Below, piece by piece: positions 49,652 through 59,326 of a stretch of 64,000 nucleotides of DNA (positions within the stretch are counted from its first letter, which is position 1; the number at the start of each line of letters is the position of its first letter). The notes under the pieces were generated by a model, which searched no databases, was not told the origin of the DNA, and was given only the letters and a program-made list of their open reading frames with translations. Position numbers and translations under genes: made by a program. This DNA is from Spirochaetia bacterium (GTDB lineage: Bacteria; Spirochaetota; Spirochaetia; CADAEX01): NCBI GenBank assembly GCA_963662265.2, contig CAXXHA010000010.1, positions 256,001 to 320,000 of the forward strand. The letters are read 5' to 3'.

Positions 49652-50392
49652 TTACATGGAGAAGTTATGTCCGAGATAAATCTGCTTTGCAGTTTCATTT
49701 GAAAGTATTTCATCTCTTCCCCCGGAAACAACAATTTCCCCCTGGTTTATGATAAATGAGCGGTCTGTTATCTCAAGAGTATCGCGTACATTGTGGTCTG
49801 TAATCAGAACACCAATCCCCTTATCAGAGAGTTTTTTAACTATTTTCTTTATTTCAAATACAGCAATAGGATCAATTCCTGCAAACGGTTCATCGAGAAG
49901 AAGAAAACGGGGCCTTATTGCAAGGGATCTTGCAATTTCTGTTCTCCTTCTTTCCCCCCCCGACAATGTATATGCTTTCTGTTTTCGCAGGTCTGCTATT
50001 CCCAGTTCCTCAAGAAGCCCGTCAAGCTGCTGTTTCTTTTCTCCATCAGTAAGGTCGTTTCTGGTCTCAAGTATTGAATAGATGTTGTCCTCTACAGACA
50101 GTTTTCTGAATATTGAAGCTTCCTGGGGAAGGTATGAAATACCGAGCCTTGCCCGTTTATACATCGGAAACCCTGTGACATCTTCACCGTCAAGAAAAAT
50201 TTTCCCGCCTGTCACCTTAATGAAACCCACTATCATGTAGAAAGCAGTTGTCTTGCCTGCCCCGTTGGGCCCCAACAGGCCGACAACCTCGCCATCCTCC
50301 ATCGAAAAACTGACATCGCGGACAGCTGTTTTCTTCCCGAATTTCTTATTAAGCCCTTCAACCAGCAGACCATTATTACTAGGCATTATCAA
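49652..50392 (-). CDS. lptB: LPS export ABC transporter ATPase LptB
   Basis: GPNGAGKTT, YLPQEASIFRKL, LSGGERRR, LDEPFAGIDP, ITDHNVRDTL. Confidence 0.96.
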   Translation of the reverse strand: MIMPSNNGLLVEGLNKKFGKKTAVRDVSFSMEDGEVVGLLGPNGAGKTTAFYMIVGFIKVTGGKIFLDGEDVTGFPMYKRARLGISYLPQEASIFRKLSVEDNIYSILETRNDLTDGEKKQQLDGLLEELGIADLRKQKAYTLSGGERRRTEIARSLAIRPRFLLLDEPFAGIDPIAVFEIKKIVKKLSDKGIGVLITDHNVRDTLEITDRSFIINQGEIVVSGGRDEILSNETAKQIYLGHNFSM

Positions 50393-50419
50393 ACTCCTGA
50401 TAAACTTTACTTTTCAACA

Positions 50420-51199
50420 TTATTCAGAATCCGGATTCGCTTCAGGACTGCCGGCAGCCGGATTTACAGAAGTATTTTCAGAAACAGGATCCTGTTCCTG
50501 GATTTCAGTTTCTGCAGGGGCTGATTCATCTCCTTCAGACTTTTCAGTACCAGAAGAATCCTTTTCATCAGTCTGTTCTTCATCATTTTCCGTATAAATA
50601 GTTCCGCTCACAGAACCTTCAAGAAATATTTCATCGGTATCCAGGTTTATAGTAATTTTAAGAGCCTTGTATTCATCACCTTTCCAGAAAACAAGAGGAA
50701 GCCCTGACAGTTCGAGAATATCATCATCTCTTATATATCTTGCAAATTCTGAACGGCTGACCATGTCATCTTTGAAAATACGGACCCCCACCTGGATAAT
50801 CACAGTCTCGGTATCGCCTGAATACTCCATATAACTTCCCTTGACTATAACCTCATTTTTAAGGTCCTCAAGAACAATTCCCCCCTCAAACCGGGTTATA
50901 TCATCTTTCCGGTTGAAAAGCATTGAATCTGCTGCAATACGGAGCCCTTTTTCATTATCCTCCATCTCAACCCGGCCGCTGCACTGTGCATATTTATATT
51001 CATCGCCGTAAAGTTCGATTTTTCCCGATTTTATCACTGTGGAATCAGAAATAATCTGCGCATTGCCGGACAGGACAGTATATTCTCTTCCCCTTGCCAT
51101 GACAGTTGAAAAACTGTCACTTGAAAATTCAAATGTTTCACAGAAAACAGGAGATGATACGAGGATTAAAATAAATATAATTTTAGTCAGATGATACAT
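50420..51199 (-). CDS. lptA: LptA/OstA-like periplasmic transport protein
   Basis: Signal peptide after ATG 51199, beta-jellyroll repeats (VLSGNAQI, LSGLP); between lptC and lptB. Confidence 0.8.
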   Translation of the reverse strand: MYHLTKIIFILILVSSPVFCETFEFSSDSFSTVMARGREYTVLSGNAQIISDSTVIKSGKIELYGDEYKYAQCSGRVEMEDNEKGLRIAADSMLFNRKDDITRFEGGIVLEDLKNEVIVKGSYMEYSGDTETVIIQVGVRIFKDDMVSRSEFARYIRDDDILELSGLPLVFWKGDEYKALKITINLDTDEIFLEGSVSGTIYTENDEEQTDEKDSSGTEKSEGDESAPAETEIQEQDPVSENTSVNPAAGSPEANPDSE

Positions 51200-51731
51200 A
51201 TTTACCTTTTGTTTTACCTTTGAATGCAAAACTTCTTTCTGCAGATGAAGTATAAAATCCGCTTCCTTCAATAACAGACCCGTCATCCCTGCCTATTGTA
51301 ACATGGGAATTCTCCCCTCCGGCAAGGGATTTCTGTTTATTGTCCCAGTACAGATAATCACCTTCGATGAAAAAACCCTGTTCTGCAGCATTTAGAATGA
51401 CTTTTTCCCGGAATTCGATGTTTTCCGTATCATTGAAATATTCAGCTTCAACACAGGCTCCCTCGGTAGCTATTTCCCCGGAGCGGTTATACTCGATAAA
51501 ATAAAGATCTGTAAATACTGTTGATTTTCTTTTATTGAAAGTTTCTGCTTTATCTGCTTCAAGAATATAGGAGGGTTCCCCCCCCTTTATAACAACTTCC
51601 CTGAAATTGATAACAACTGAATTGGGAGTTTCATCAGAAAGCTCTTCATCAAAAAAACTTTCCTCATAATCATGAGAACATGATATGAGGAATAAAAATA
51701 TGAGTAGAAGAAGAATACTATTTTTTACCAT
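51183..51731 (-). CDS. lptC: LptC-like lipoprotein
   Basis: Lipobox LISC; LEADKAE, LYWD, IEGSGF; operon position. Confidence 0.8.
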   Translation of the reverse strand: MVKNSILLLLIFLFLISCSHDYEESFFDEELSDETPNSVVINFREVVIKGGEPSYILEADKAETFNKRKSTVFTDLYFIEYNRSGEIATEGACVEAEYFNDTENIEFREKVILNAAEQGFFIEGDYLYWDNKQKSLAGGENSHVTIGRDDGSVIEGSGFYTSSAERSFAFKGKTKGKYVSSD

Positions 51732-53337
51732 ACTCCCGGCTGGCTCTTATAAATTCAACAAACAGAGGATGGGGAGAAAAAGGTTTTGACTTGAATTCAG
51801 GATGATACTGAACACCTACACCCCATGAATGGCTGCCCCATTCAACAGATTCGACAAGAGTTCCTTCCGGATTAAACCCGCTGAGCATAAGACCGGCATC
51901 CTTGAAAACATCCCTGTATTTATTTGAAAATTCATACCTATGTCTGTGCCTTTCCATGATTATATCTTCGTCGTACGCTTTTCTTATTTTTGTATCAGGC
52001 TGAAGATATGTCTTGCTGTCGCCAAGCCTCATTGTTCCGCCGTAAGACTTTATATCAATCTGCTCTTCGAGAAGGCTGATAACAGGATATTCGGCTTCAG
52101 GTGAGAATTCAGTGCTGTTTGCATTCCTGTATTCAAGAACATTTCTTGCATACTCAATAACCATGATCTGCATACCCAGGCATATTCCGAAATAGGGGAT
52201 TCCATTTGTTCGTGCATACTCTGCGGCAATTACCATGCCGTCAATACCCCGCTGGCCGAATCCGCCGGGAACAAGAACACCTTTTATCCCGTCAAACATT
52301 TCAGCAATTGCTTCCTTGTCTGATGAGGCTTTTTCAAGATCTTCTGAATCAATCTTTACAATATCAACTTTAACCTTGTTCGCAATTCCGCCGTGAAAAA
52401 GAGCTTCCACAATTGACTTGTATGTATCGTTAAGATGAATATACTTTCCAACCAGGGCAATCTTTACTGTTTCTTCCGCATTCTTGAAAATATTTACAAC
52501 ATTTTCCCATGGAGTAAGATCTGCCTTGCCGGCATCAATACCAAGCTTCTGAATAGCAACAGCATCAAGATTCTGCTTGTGATACACAAGAGGTATTTCA
52601 TAAATAGTTGTATCCACATCACATGCGGAAATAACAGCATCATCATCCACATTTGTAAAAAGGGCAATCTTGCTCCTCATTGATTTATCCATTTCAAACG
52701 GAACACGGCAGAGAAGAATATCCGGCTGAATACCAAGCTCTCTCAGGGCTTTAACAGAATGCTGTGTCGGCTTTGTTTTAAGCTCCCCCCCTGCAACTTC
52801 AGGAATAAGGGTAAGATGCACATAAATTGCATTGCCCCTGCCCAGATCATGTCTGAACTGCCTGGCTGCTTCAAGAAAAGGAATTGACTCTATATCTCCG
52901 ACAGTTCCCCCGATTTCTATTATAGTAATATCTACATCAGGTTTACTTCCGATAGAAATAATTCTGTTTTTAATTTCATCAGTAATATGAGGGATAACCT
53001 GAACTGTTCTTCCGAGGTATCTACCTTCACGCTCTTTCTGAATTACCGACTGATAAACCTGGCCGGTTGTTATTGAATTTGCCTGACTCAGGGGAGATGA
53101 AGTAAATCGTTCATAATTACCCAGATCAAGGTCGGTCTCTGCACCGTCTTCAGTAACATAGACTTCACCATGCTGGTAAGGACTCATAGTCCCGGGATCC
53201 ACATTAATGTAGGGATCAATTTTAATCATTCTTACACTAAGTCCTCTTCTCTCAAGAAGACTTCCAAGAGATGCGGCTGCAATCCCTTTACCAAGGCTTG
53301 AACAAACACCGCCTGTAACAAATATATACTTATTCAT
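51718..53337 (-). CDS. pyrG: CTP synthase
   Basis: KYIFVTGGVCSSLGKG, DPYINVDPGTMSP, KTKPTQHSV, GICLGMQ, ERHRHRYE, QYHPEF. Confidence 0.99.
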   Translation of the reverse strand: MNKYIFVTGGVCSSLGKGIAAASLGSLLERRGLSVRMIKIDPYINVDPGTMSPYQHGEVYVTEDGAETDLDLGNYERFTSSPLSQANSITTGQVYQSVIQKEREGRYLGRTVQVIPHITDEIKNRIISIGSKPDVDITIIEIGGTVGDIESIPFLEAARQFRHDLGRGNAIYVHLTLIPEVAGGELKTKPTQHSVKALRELGIQPDILLCRVPFEMDKSMRSKIALFTNVDDDAVISACDVDTTIYEIPLVYHKQNLDAVAIQKLGIDAGKADLTPWENVVNIFKNAEETVKIALVGKYIHLNDTYKSIVEALFHGGIANKVKVDIVKIDSEDLEKASSDKEAIAEMFDGIKGVLVPGGFGQRGIDGMVIAAEYARTNGIPYFGICLGMQIMVIEYARNVLEYRNANSTEFSPEAEYPVISLLEEQIDIKSYGGTMRLGDSKTYLQPDTKIRKAYDEDIIMERHRHRYEFSNKYRDVFKDAGLMLSGFNPEGTLVESVEWGSHSWGVGVQYHPEFKSKPFSPHPLFVEFIRASREYGKK

Positions 53338-53701
53338 AAGTTGAATTATTTTATACCGGTAAAATATTGTCAATCAGCTGGAATGCAATTATATGACAGA
53401 ATCTCCAAAAACCATGTTTTTTAATTTTGCATAATGTTTAAAAAACTTAAACTTTAGACTCTTTTATTATATTATTTTAATGTATACTTTAAACAAGGTT
53501 TTTTTTCTTACAGATTCTCCCTTTCAGGGAAACCTTACCCCCCTCCGGGAGAGGTGTATTCAGAGCAAATACCAGGGAAATCTGTACCAAATTGCCAGTT
53601 AAAAAACCGGGAAAAGAGAGTTTTTAGATGCGCCTAAAATTAAAAAAGAAATTGACTTTTGAAATTAAAATAATAATACTTATGAGTAACGAAGGAAAAT
53701 A

Positions 53702-54520
53702 ATGTTTTTTAAACTCAGCGACTCAGATTTCAACAAAATTAAAGATCTCATATATGATAAAAGCGGAATTCACTTCTCAGAAAATAACAGATCAATTCTG
53801 GAAAGCAGGCTGTATGAAAGGCTTAAATCGACAAATATTGAGACAATAGCAGATTATTACAGTCTCATAATCAAACAGGAAGAGGAAATGAAGATCCTGC
53901 TTGATTCAGTGACAACAAACCTAACCAGGTTTTTCAGGAACAAGGCACACATGCAGGCTTTTGAATACTACATAATTCCTGAACTTGTAGAATATAAAAA
54001 GAAATCAGGCAGCAGTTCTGTCACATTCTGGAGCGCAGGCTGTTCGACGGGAGAGGAAGCCTATACAATAGCTATGCTGTTCAGCGAATTTCTCCCGCCG
54101 GGAATTGACTGGAAAATTACAGCATCTGATTTGAGCCTTAAATCATTGATGACAGCGAAAACAGGGTTCTATCCGGAAACAAGAATGACAGGCATTCCCG
54201 ATAAATATCTTTCAAAATACTTTGAAAAAACTTCTGACGGATATCAGGTTGTAGACAGCATTAAAAATAAAATAAAATTTGACTACCATAACCTGAAATT
54301 TGACAGCGGCCTTACCAACCTGGATATTATTTTCTGCAGAAATGTGCTTATATATTTTGACGAAGCAGCCCAGAAAAATGTCATAGACAGATTCTGGAAT
54401 TCCATGAACAGACATTCATACCTTGTTATCGGACACTCTGAATCACTTTTTGGAATGGAAACAGAATTCAAATTCAAGAAAACAGACTGGGCAACCTTTT
54501 ATACAAAGATATTAGACTGA
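53702..54520 (+). CDS. cheR: Chemotaxis methyltransferase CheR
   Basis: TTNLTRFFR, WSAGCSTGEEAY, IFCRNVLIYFD, IGHSESL; RBS GAAGGA. Confidence 0.97.
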   Translation: MFFKLSDSDFNKIKDLIYDKSGIHFSENNRSILESRLYERLKSTNIETIADYYSLIIKQEEEMKILLDSVTTNLTRFFRNKAHMQAFEYYIIPELVEYKKKSGSSSVTFWSAGCSTGEEAYTIAMLFSEFLPPGIDWKITASDLSLKSLMTAKTGFYPETRMTGIPDKYLSKYFEKTSDGYQVVDSIKNKIKFDYHNLKFDSGLTNLDIIFCRNVLIYFDEAAQKNVIDRFWNSMNRHSYLVIGHSESLFGMETEFKFKKTDWATFYTKILD

Positions 54521-54538
54521 TCAATTTAAGGAAGCGAT

Positions 54539-55657
54539 GTGGAAACTGACAAAATTAAAGTGCTAATTGTAGATGACTCAGCCCTGATGAGAGCATTAAT
54601 CAGTAAAATTGTGGAATCACAGGATGACATGACAGTTGTCGGCAAGGCGATGAATGGTTTATTTGCCCTTCATAAAATCCCTTCACTCAATCCTGATATT
54701 ATCATACTGGACCTTGAAATGCCGGAAATGAACGGAATTGATTTCCTGAAGGAAAAAACAAAACAGGGGATAAATATCCCGGTTATAATACTTTCATCAA
54801 TTGCCAAGAAAGGGGCAAAAATAACATTTGAAGCTCTCTCTGCAGGGGCATCTGATTTTATTACAAAACCGGACGGACAGAAAGCTGACATAAGCTATGT
54901 ATCTGACCAGCTGTGCTCAATGATAAGAGGGTATGTACTCAAGAACTCGGTTGCAAAGGTCCGGCCAGCTCTCAGGGCAGATACCCTGCAGCAGAAAACT
55001 GTTGAAAAAAGAGAGCCGGTTGAAACAAAGAAAACTGTAAAAGAATTTTCAATACCGAAAAAGAAAACTACCGGTAAAATAGAGCTTGTTGCAATAGGTA
55101 TTTCAACCGGCGGGCCAAACGCCCTGAGATACTTTTTTTCAGAGCTGGATAAGGGGTTTAATATTCCGATAGTAATTGTTCAGCACATGCCTGAAGGGTT
55201 TACCGGTGAATTTGCAAAAAGTCTTGATAAGCTGACACACATGAATGTCAAGGAAGCGGAAGAAGGCGACCTGATCAAGCAGGGAAGGGTGCTAATCGCT
55301 CCCGGGAACAGTCACATAAAAGTGAAGAAAAAACGACTGGGCGCAATTGTGACACTGGACAGCAGCGGGAATGTAAACGGACATACCCCTTCGGCAGGAG
55401 TTCTCTTCAACTCTGTTGCGGAGCAGTTTGGAGCTGATTCCATCGGCATTATCATGACAGGAATGGGCAAGGACGGTTCATTCGAGATCGGGGAAATAAA
55501 GAAAGCCGGGGGAATAACCCTTGCACAGGATATGGATTCTTCTGTTGTTTTCGGCATGCCGAAGGTGGCAATTGAAAACAACAATATTGATAAAGTCGTA
55601 TCGCTCGAAGATATGGCAAAGACTCTTAATGAAATAATCAGACAGAATAATAATTAA
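54539..55657 (+). CDS. cheB: Chemotaxis methylesterase CheB
   Basis: REC (VDDS, LDLEMP); ISTGGP, VQHMP, MTGMGKDG, VVFGMP. Confidence 0.97.
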   Translation: METDKIKVLIVDDSALMRALISKIVESQDDMTVVGKAMNGLFALHKIPSLNPDIIILDLEMPEMNGIDFLKEKTKQGINIPVIILSSIAKKGAKITFEALSAGASDFITKPDGQKADISYVSDQLCSMIRGYVLKNSVAKVRPALRADTLQQKTVEKREPVETKKTVKEFSIPKKKTTGKIELVAIGISTGGPNALRYFFSELDKGFNIPIVIVQHMPEGFTGEFAKSLDKLTHMNVKEAEEGDLIKQGRVLIAPGNSHIKVKKKRLGAIVTLDSSGNVNGHTPSAGVLFNSVAEQFGADSIGIIMTGMGKDGSFEIGEIKKAGGITLAQDMDSSVVFGMPKVAIENNNIDKVVSLEDMAKTLNEIIRQNNN

Positions 55658-55667
55658 GGATTTCACA

Positions 55668-56444
55668 ATGGGATGGTACGGTAAATTTATCGGTGGAGCC
55701 ATAGGCTTCACTTTTCTGGGAGGCCCGTTCGGAGCTATACTCGGCGCCGCAATTGGTCACAGTTTTGACAAGAGAGCTGAAGGGCAGGGAAGCTACAACA
55801 GCGGAGGAAGGACTTCTGCCGGTGCAGGCTTCACTGCAACAGATCAGGCGCAGATGACTTTTTTTGTGGCAACATTTTCCATGCTCGGAAAACTTGCAAA
55901 GGCGGACGGCCATGTATCACAGGAGGAGATAAACACAATTGACCGTTTCATGACTTCAACACTTAGACTCGGAAACCAGGAAAAAAGCTTTGCAATGAGA
56001 ATAGTAAATACGGCGGCAAATTCTTCAGAATCTTTCGAGAAATTCGCCCATCAGTTTTATTCAGCATTCAGGGGACAGCCACAGCTTATCAACACGATGA
56101 TGGATATACTGCTGCAGGTTTCTATCGCAGATAAAGTACTGAGCCCGGAAGAGGAAAAACTGATAAACCAGGCAGCTTCAATCTTCAATATAAGCAGCAC
56201 AACACTTGAAAACATGAAAGCCCGCTATTTCAGCAGCACAGACAAGTATTATTCAGTACTCGGCTGCAGAAGAAGCGATTCCACAGATACTATAAAAAGC
56301 ACATACAAGAGACTTGTAAAGGAATATCACCCCGACATCATTGCTTCAAAAGGTCTTCCCGAGGAATTTACAAAATTTTCAGCAGAGAAATTCAGGGAAA
56401 TAAATACAGCCTATGAAAAAATCAGGGAGGAAAGAAATTTCTGA
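55668..56444 (+). CDS. djlA: DjlA-like co-chaperone (TerB + C-terminal J domain)
   Basis: N-terminal Gly-rich TM, AKADGHVS..E, YHPD J-domain. Confidence 0.9.
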   Translation: MGWYGKFIGGAIGFTFLGGPFGAILGAAIGHSFDKRAEGQGSYNSGGRTSAGAGFTATDQAQMTFFVATFSMLGKLAKADGHVSQEEINTIDRFMTSTLRLGNQEKSFAMRIVNTAANSSESFEKFAHQFYSAFRGQPQLINTMMDILLQVSIADKVLSPEEEKLINQAASIFNISSTTLENMKARYFSSTDKYYSVLGCRRSDSTDTIKSTYKRLVKEYHPDIIASKGLPEEFTKFSAEKFREINTAYEKIREERNF

Positions 56445-57012
56445 CATCAAGCTTGCTGTTTTCCCGGGCAACCCGGGAAACAAATATGCAATGACCCGCC
56501 ACAACCTTGCATGGCTCCTCCTGGACAATTCTTCGCAATATAAAAATCCTGTATGGCAGAAAAAATTCAAGGGTGTTTACTCAAAGGAAATTTTCACTCA
56601 AGGCTGCATTGCGCTGAAACCTGAAACATTTATGAATAAAACAGGGGAATCTGTAAGGGCGGCAGCAGACTTCTTCAAACTGAAGGCTGAAAATATAATT
56701 GTCTGTCACGATGATATAGAACTTGAATTCGGGGAAGCTTCGTTTAAAAAAGGGGGGGGAGCAGCAGGCCATAACGGGCTGAGATCTGTAAAACAGCACC
56801 TCGGGACTGATTCCTTCTACCGCTTCAGGCTCGGAGTTTCAAGGCCTTCAAGAGGAGGCGTGGATTCGCATGTTCTCGGCCGGTTCACAAAAGATGAGGA
56901 GGCAGCTCTCCCTCTTTTTCTTGATAAAGCTTCAGAGCTTCTGGCTAAGTTTATTTCAGAGAACAGTGAAGCACTCCTGAAAAAAAATAAACAGAAGCTT
57001 ATTAATTTCTAG
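56413..57012 (+). CDS. pth: Peptidyl-tRNA hydrolase
   Basis: GNPGNKYAMTRHN, KPETFMN, HDDIEL, GHNGLRS. Confidence 0.96.
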   Translation: MKKSGRKEISDIKLAVFPGNPGNKYAMTRHNLAWLLLDNSSQYKNPVWQKKFKGVYSKEIFTQGCIALKPETFMNKTGESVRAAADFFKLKAENIIVCHDDIELEFGEASFKKGGGAAGHNGLRSVKQHLGTDSFYRFRLGVSRPSRGGVDSHVLGRFTKDEEAALPLFLDKASELLAKFISENSEALLKKNKQKLINF

Positions 57013-57180
57013 ACAGTTAATCCCTACTCAGACTTCAACGGCAATTTACCGCCCCTCCTCATGATGAATTCCGGGAATAATTTGTTTTTATTCACCAAAA
57101 GGGTCCCGTCTTCCGCAGCCTGCAGCAAGCTGCTGATATTTGCTTCAGTAAAAAAGCTTAAAAAGGCCCGGCCACAACTA

Positions 57181-58344
57181 TCACACCTTCCTCACAATGA
57201 AAATAACAGCAAGCAGCAGCGGAATTGCAGCTGCCCCAACCCAGAACAAGCCGGCCCCTGAGTAAACAGCAAAACCGATAAGAGGCCCGGCTGCCGTACC
57301 GCAGTCATTGAATGTTGTAAACCGGCTCATGAAAATCGCCTGCCTGTCTTTCGGAGCCCTGTCTCCAGCATAGGAATAGATAATAATCCCGTTGGCACAT
57401 GAAATAATAAAGTGCGCCAGAATAAGTGCCAGAAGCACATACCACAGCTCAACAGTTATAAAAAAGTAAATTACAACAATCTCGGAGAGTATAAAAAATA
57501 CAAGAGCCTTCTTCCGCCCTGTCCTGTCGCATATCCACCCTATCAGCGGAGCTATGAATGTAATAAAATGCCTTGACCCGACAAGTATCCCGGTAAGGGA
57601 GGCTGCCCCGAGAGTAACAGGGAGAGAGGGGACAATCCTGTCCACAACAATACGCCCTGTAAGATTTGTAAGCATCTGGTCCACAAGAACTATCATGAAA
57701 ACAGATAATCCGAGAAAAACAAGAGTCCTGACATCTTTCCGGTTATCAAGACTGCTTCCTGCATCGCCGGCCTTCCTTCCTGCTGAAAGATGCTCCTGCC
57801 CCTTCATGAAAAATGTTGATAAAAATACAATCAGGCCGAAAAGGACAAATGTCAGTTTTATTCCAATAATATCTGCAAGAATTCCGCCCAGCATAGCACC
57901 CCCGCCTGCTCCGAATCTGGTTATAGTCTGGTAGACGGCAAATATCCTGCTCCTGTTTTCTGATGTTGAGACCTTTAATGCGGAAAGATATCCCTCAATT
58001 CTCAGAAGAGAGAAACACGCTCCCCACAGGAGCCTCGAAACAAGGATTCCGTAAAATCCCCAGGGTATGATGTAGCTGAAGGTAATGAGACATGCCAGAA
58101 GAGCCCCGAAAATCAGGGGCCGCAGTGTGGGATCATTATTGACAACTCGGCCTGCAATTTCATTTGTTATAAGACGGATAATCCTGTTCGCCGAAAGAAG
58201 AATACCGATCTGCCATATCCTGATATTGAAAAATTCCGGGGAAGAGGGAAGTATTGTATATATCATCCCGTCACCCAGCAGAGATACAGAGACAATAAAG
58301 GATGTCAGCCAGAACCTGGTTTCATCTTTAGTTAATTTTTTCAT
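57181..58344 (-). CDS. MFS transporter
   Basis: About 12 TM helices; GWICDRTGRK motif-A-like sequence. Confidence 0.9.
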   Translation of the reverse strand: MKKLTKDETRFWLTSFIVSVSLLGDGMIYTILPSSPEFFNIRIWQIGILLSANRIIRLITNEIAGRVVNNDPTLRPLIFGALLACLITFSYIIPWGFYGILVSRLLWGACFSLLRIEGYLSALKVSTSENRSRIFAVYQTITRFGAGGGAMLGGILADIIGIKLTFVLFGLIVFLSTFFMKGQEHLSAGRKAGDAGSSLDNRKDVRTLVFLGLSVFMIVLVDQMLTNLTGRIVVDRIVPSLPVTLGAASLTGILVGSRHFITFIAPLIGWICDRTGRKKALVFFILSEIVVIYFFITVELWYVLLALILAHFIISCANGIIIYSYAGDRAPKDRQAIFMSRFTTFNDCGTAAGPLIGFAVYSGAGLFWVGAAAIPLLLAVIFIVRKV

Positions 58345-58392
58345 ATTATTTCCGGTTATTTTCCTGTAGCCTGAATGATATGCCTGCAGACT

Positions 58393-58980
58393 TTATACAG
58401 GCAGTCTGTGCTGAAGAGACCGTGTAAGTGTTAATTTATCTGTATATTCAATATCACCGCCGACAGGGAGACCTGAGGCAAGCTTTGTTATTTTAATATT
58501 TTTGCCTTCAAGCTTCTGCCGGATATAGAGAGCTGTTGTATCTCCCTCTACAGAGGGATTTGTGGCAATAATGATTTCATTCACATTGTTGTCATCAATT
58601 CTTCTTATGAGTTTTCCAATATTGAGTTTTTCCGGGCCGATCCCGTTTATCGGGGAGAGAAGCCCCATAAGGACATGATAAACCCCGTTAAACGCGCCTG
58701 TTGATTCTATTACGCTGATATCCTGCGGCATTTCCACAATACAGATAAGACTTCTGTTCCGCTGTTCATCAGAGCATACAGAACAGATATCATCTTCTGT
58801 ATAGTTGCCGCAGACAGAACAGTTTTTTATCCTTTCCCGCGCCTCTTTGATGGAAGAGGAAAGCGAATCAATATAACCGAGGTCTGCCTTCAGCAGATGA
58901 TATGCAATCCTTGTGGCACTTTTTCTGCCGATTCCCGGCAGCGAGGATAAATTTTTAATCAGAATATCAAGAACTGTCAT
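58393..58980 (-). CDS. recR: Recombination mediator RecR
   Basis: LPGIGRKSA, CSVC..CSVC, YHVL, ATNPSVEGDTTA, GLPVGGDIEY. Confidence 0.97.
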   Translation of the reverse strand: MTVLDILIKNLSSLPGIGRKSATRIAYHLLKADLGYIDSLSSSIKEARERIKNCSVCGNYTEDDICSVCSDEQRNRSLICIVEMPQDISVIESTGAFNGVYHVLMGLLSPINGIGPEKLNIGKLIRRIDDNNVNEIIIATNPSVEGDTTALYIRQKLEGKNIKITKLASGLPVGGDIEYTDKLTLTRSLQHRLPV

Positions 58981-58996
58981 TATTCTGCCCTTGAAA

Positions 58997-59326
58997 TCAC
59001 CCTGTAAAACCGGGAAATCCCGGAGGAATTCCAAGCCCGCCGGTCATCGAAGATATTTCGCTGTTAATTCTTTCCTTGACATTTGCAATAGCATCGTTGA
59101 ACGCGGCAAGGACAAGATCTTCTGTCAGTTTGCTGTTCTCAGGATCTATTGCTTCGGGAGATATTTTTATTGAGACAACCTGCATGTTTCCATTCATTTC
59201 TATACAGACCATATCGCCGCCGGCATAACCGGATGCTCTTATCTGTGAAAACTTAGCCTGCATTTCAGACATCTTACTCTGCAGCCCCTGTACATTTTTA
59301 AACAGTTCTTCCGGGTTAAAATTCAT
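58997..59326 (-). CDS. ybaB: Nucleoid-associated protein YbaB/EbfC
   Basis: GYAGGDMV, EDLVLAAFNDA; between dnaX and recR. Confidence 0.93.
   Translation of the reverse strand: MNFNPEELFKNVQGLQSKMSEMQAKFSQIRASGYAGGDMVCIEMNGNMQVVSIKISPEAIDPENSKLTEDLVLAAFNDAIANVKERINSEISSMTGGLGIPPGFPGFTG

Noticed and set aside
53560-53600. c-di-GMP-I riboswitch-like words (GCAAA, GAAA, GCCAGTT) upstream of cheR
   Set aside because: The GACGCAAAG junction and the P3 stem are missing.
53682-53702. MSNEGK minigene overlapping the cheR start
   Set aside because: Its ATG lies only about 2 nt after the likely -10 box, so it is probably not transcribed; GAAGGA serves as the cheR RBS.
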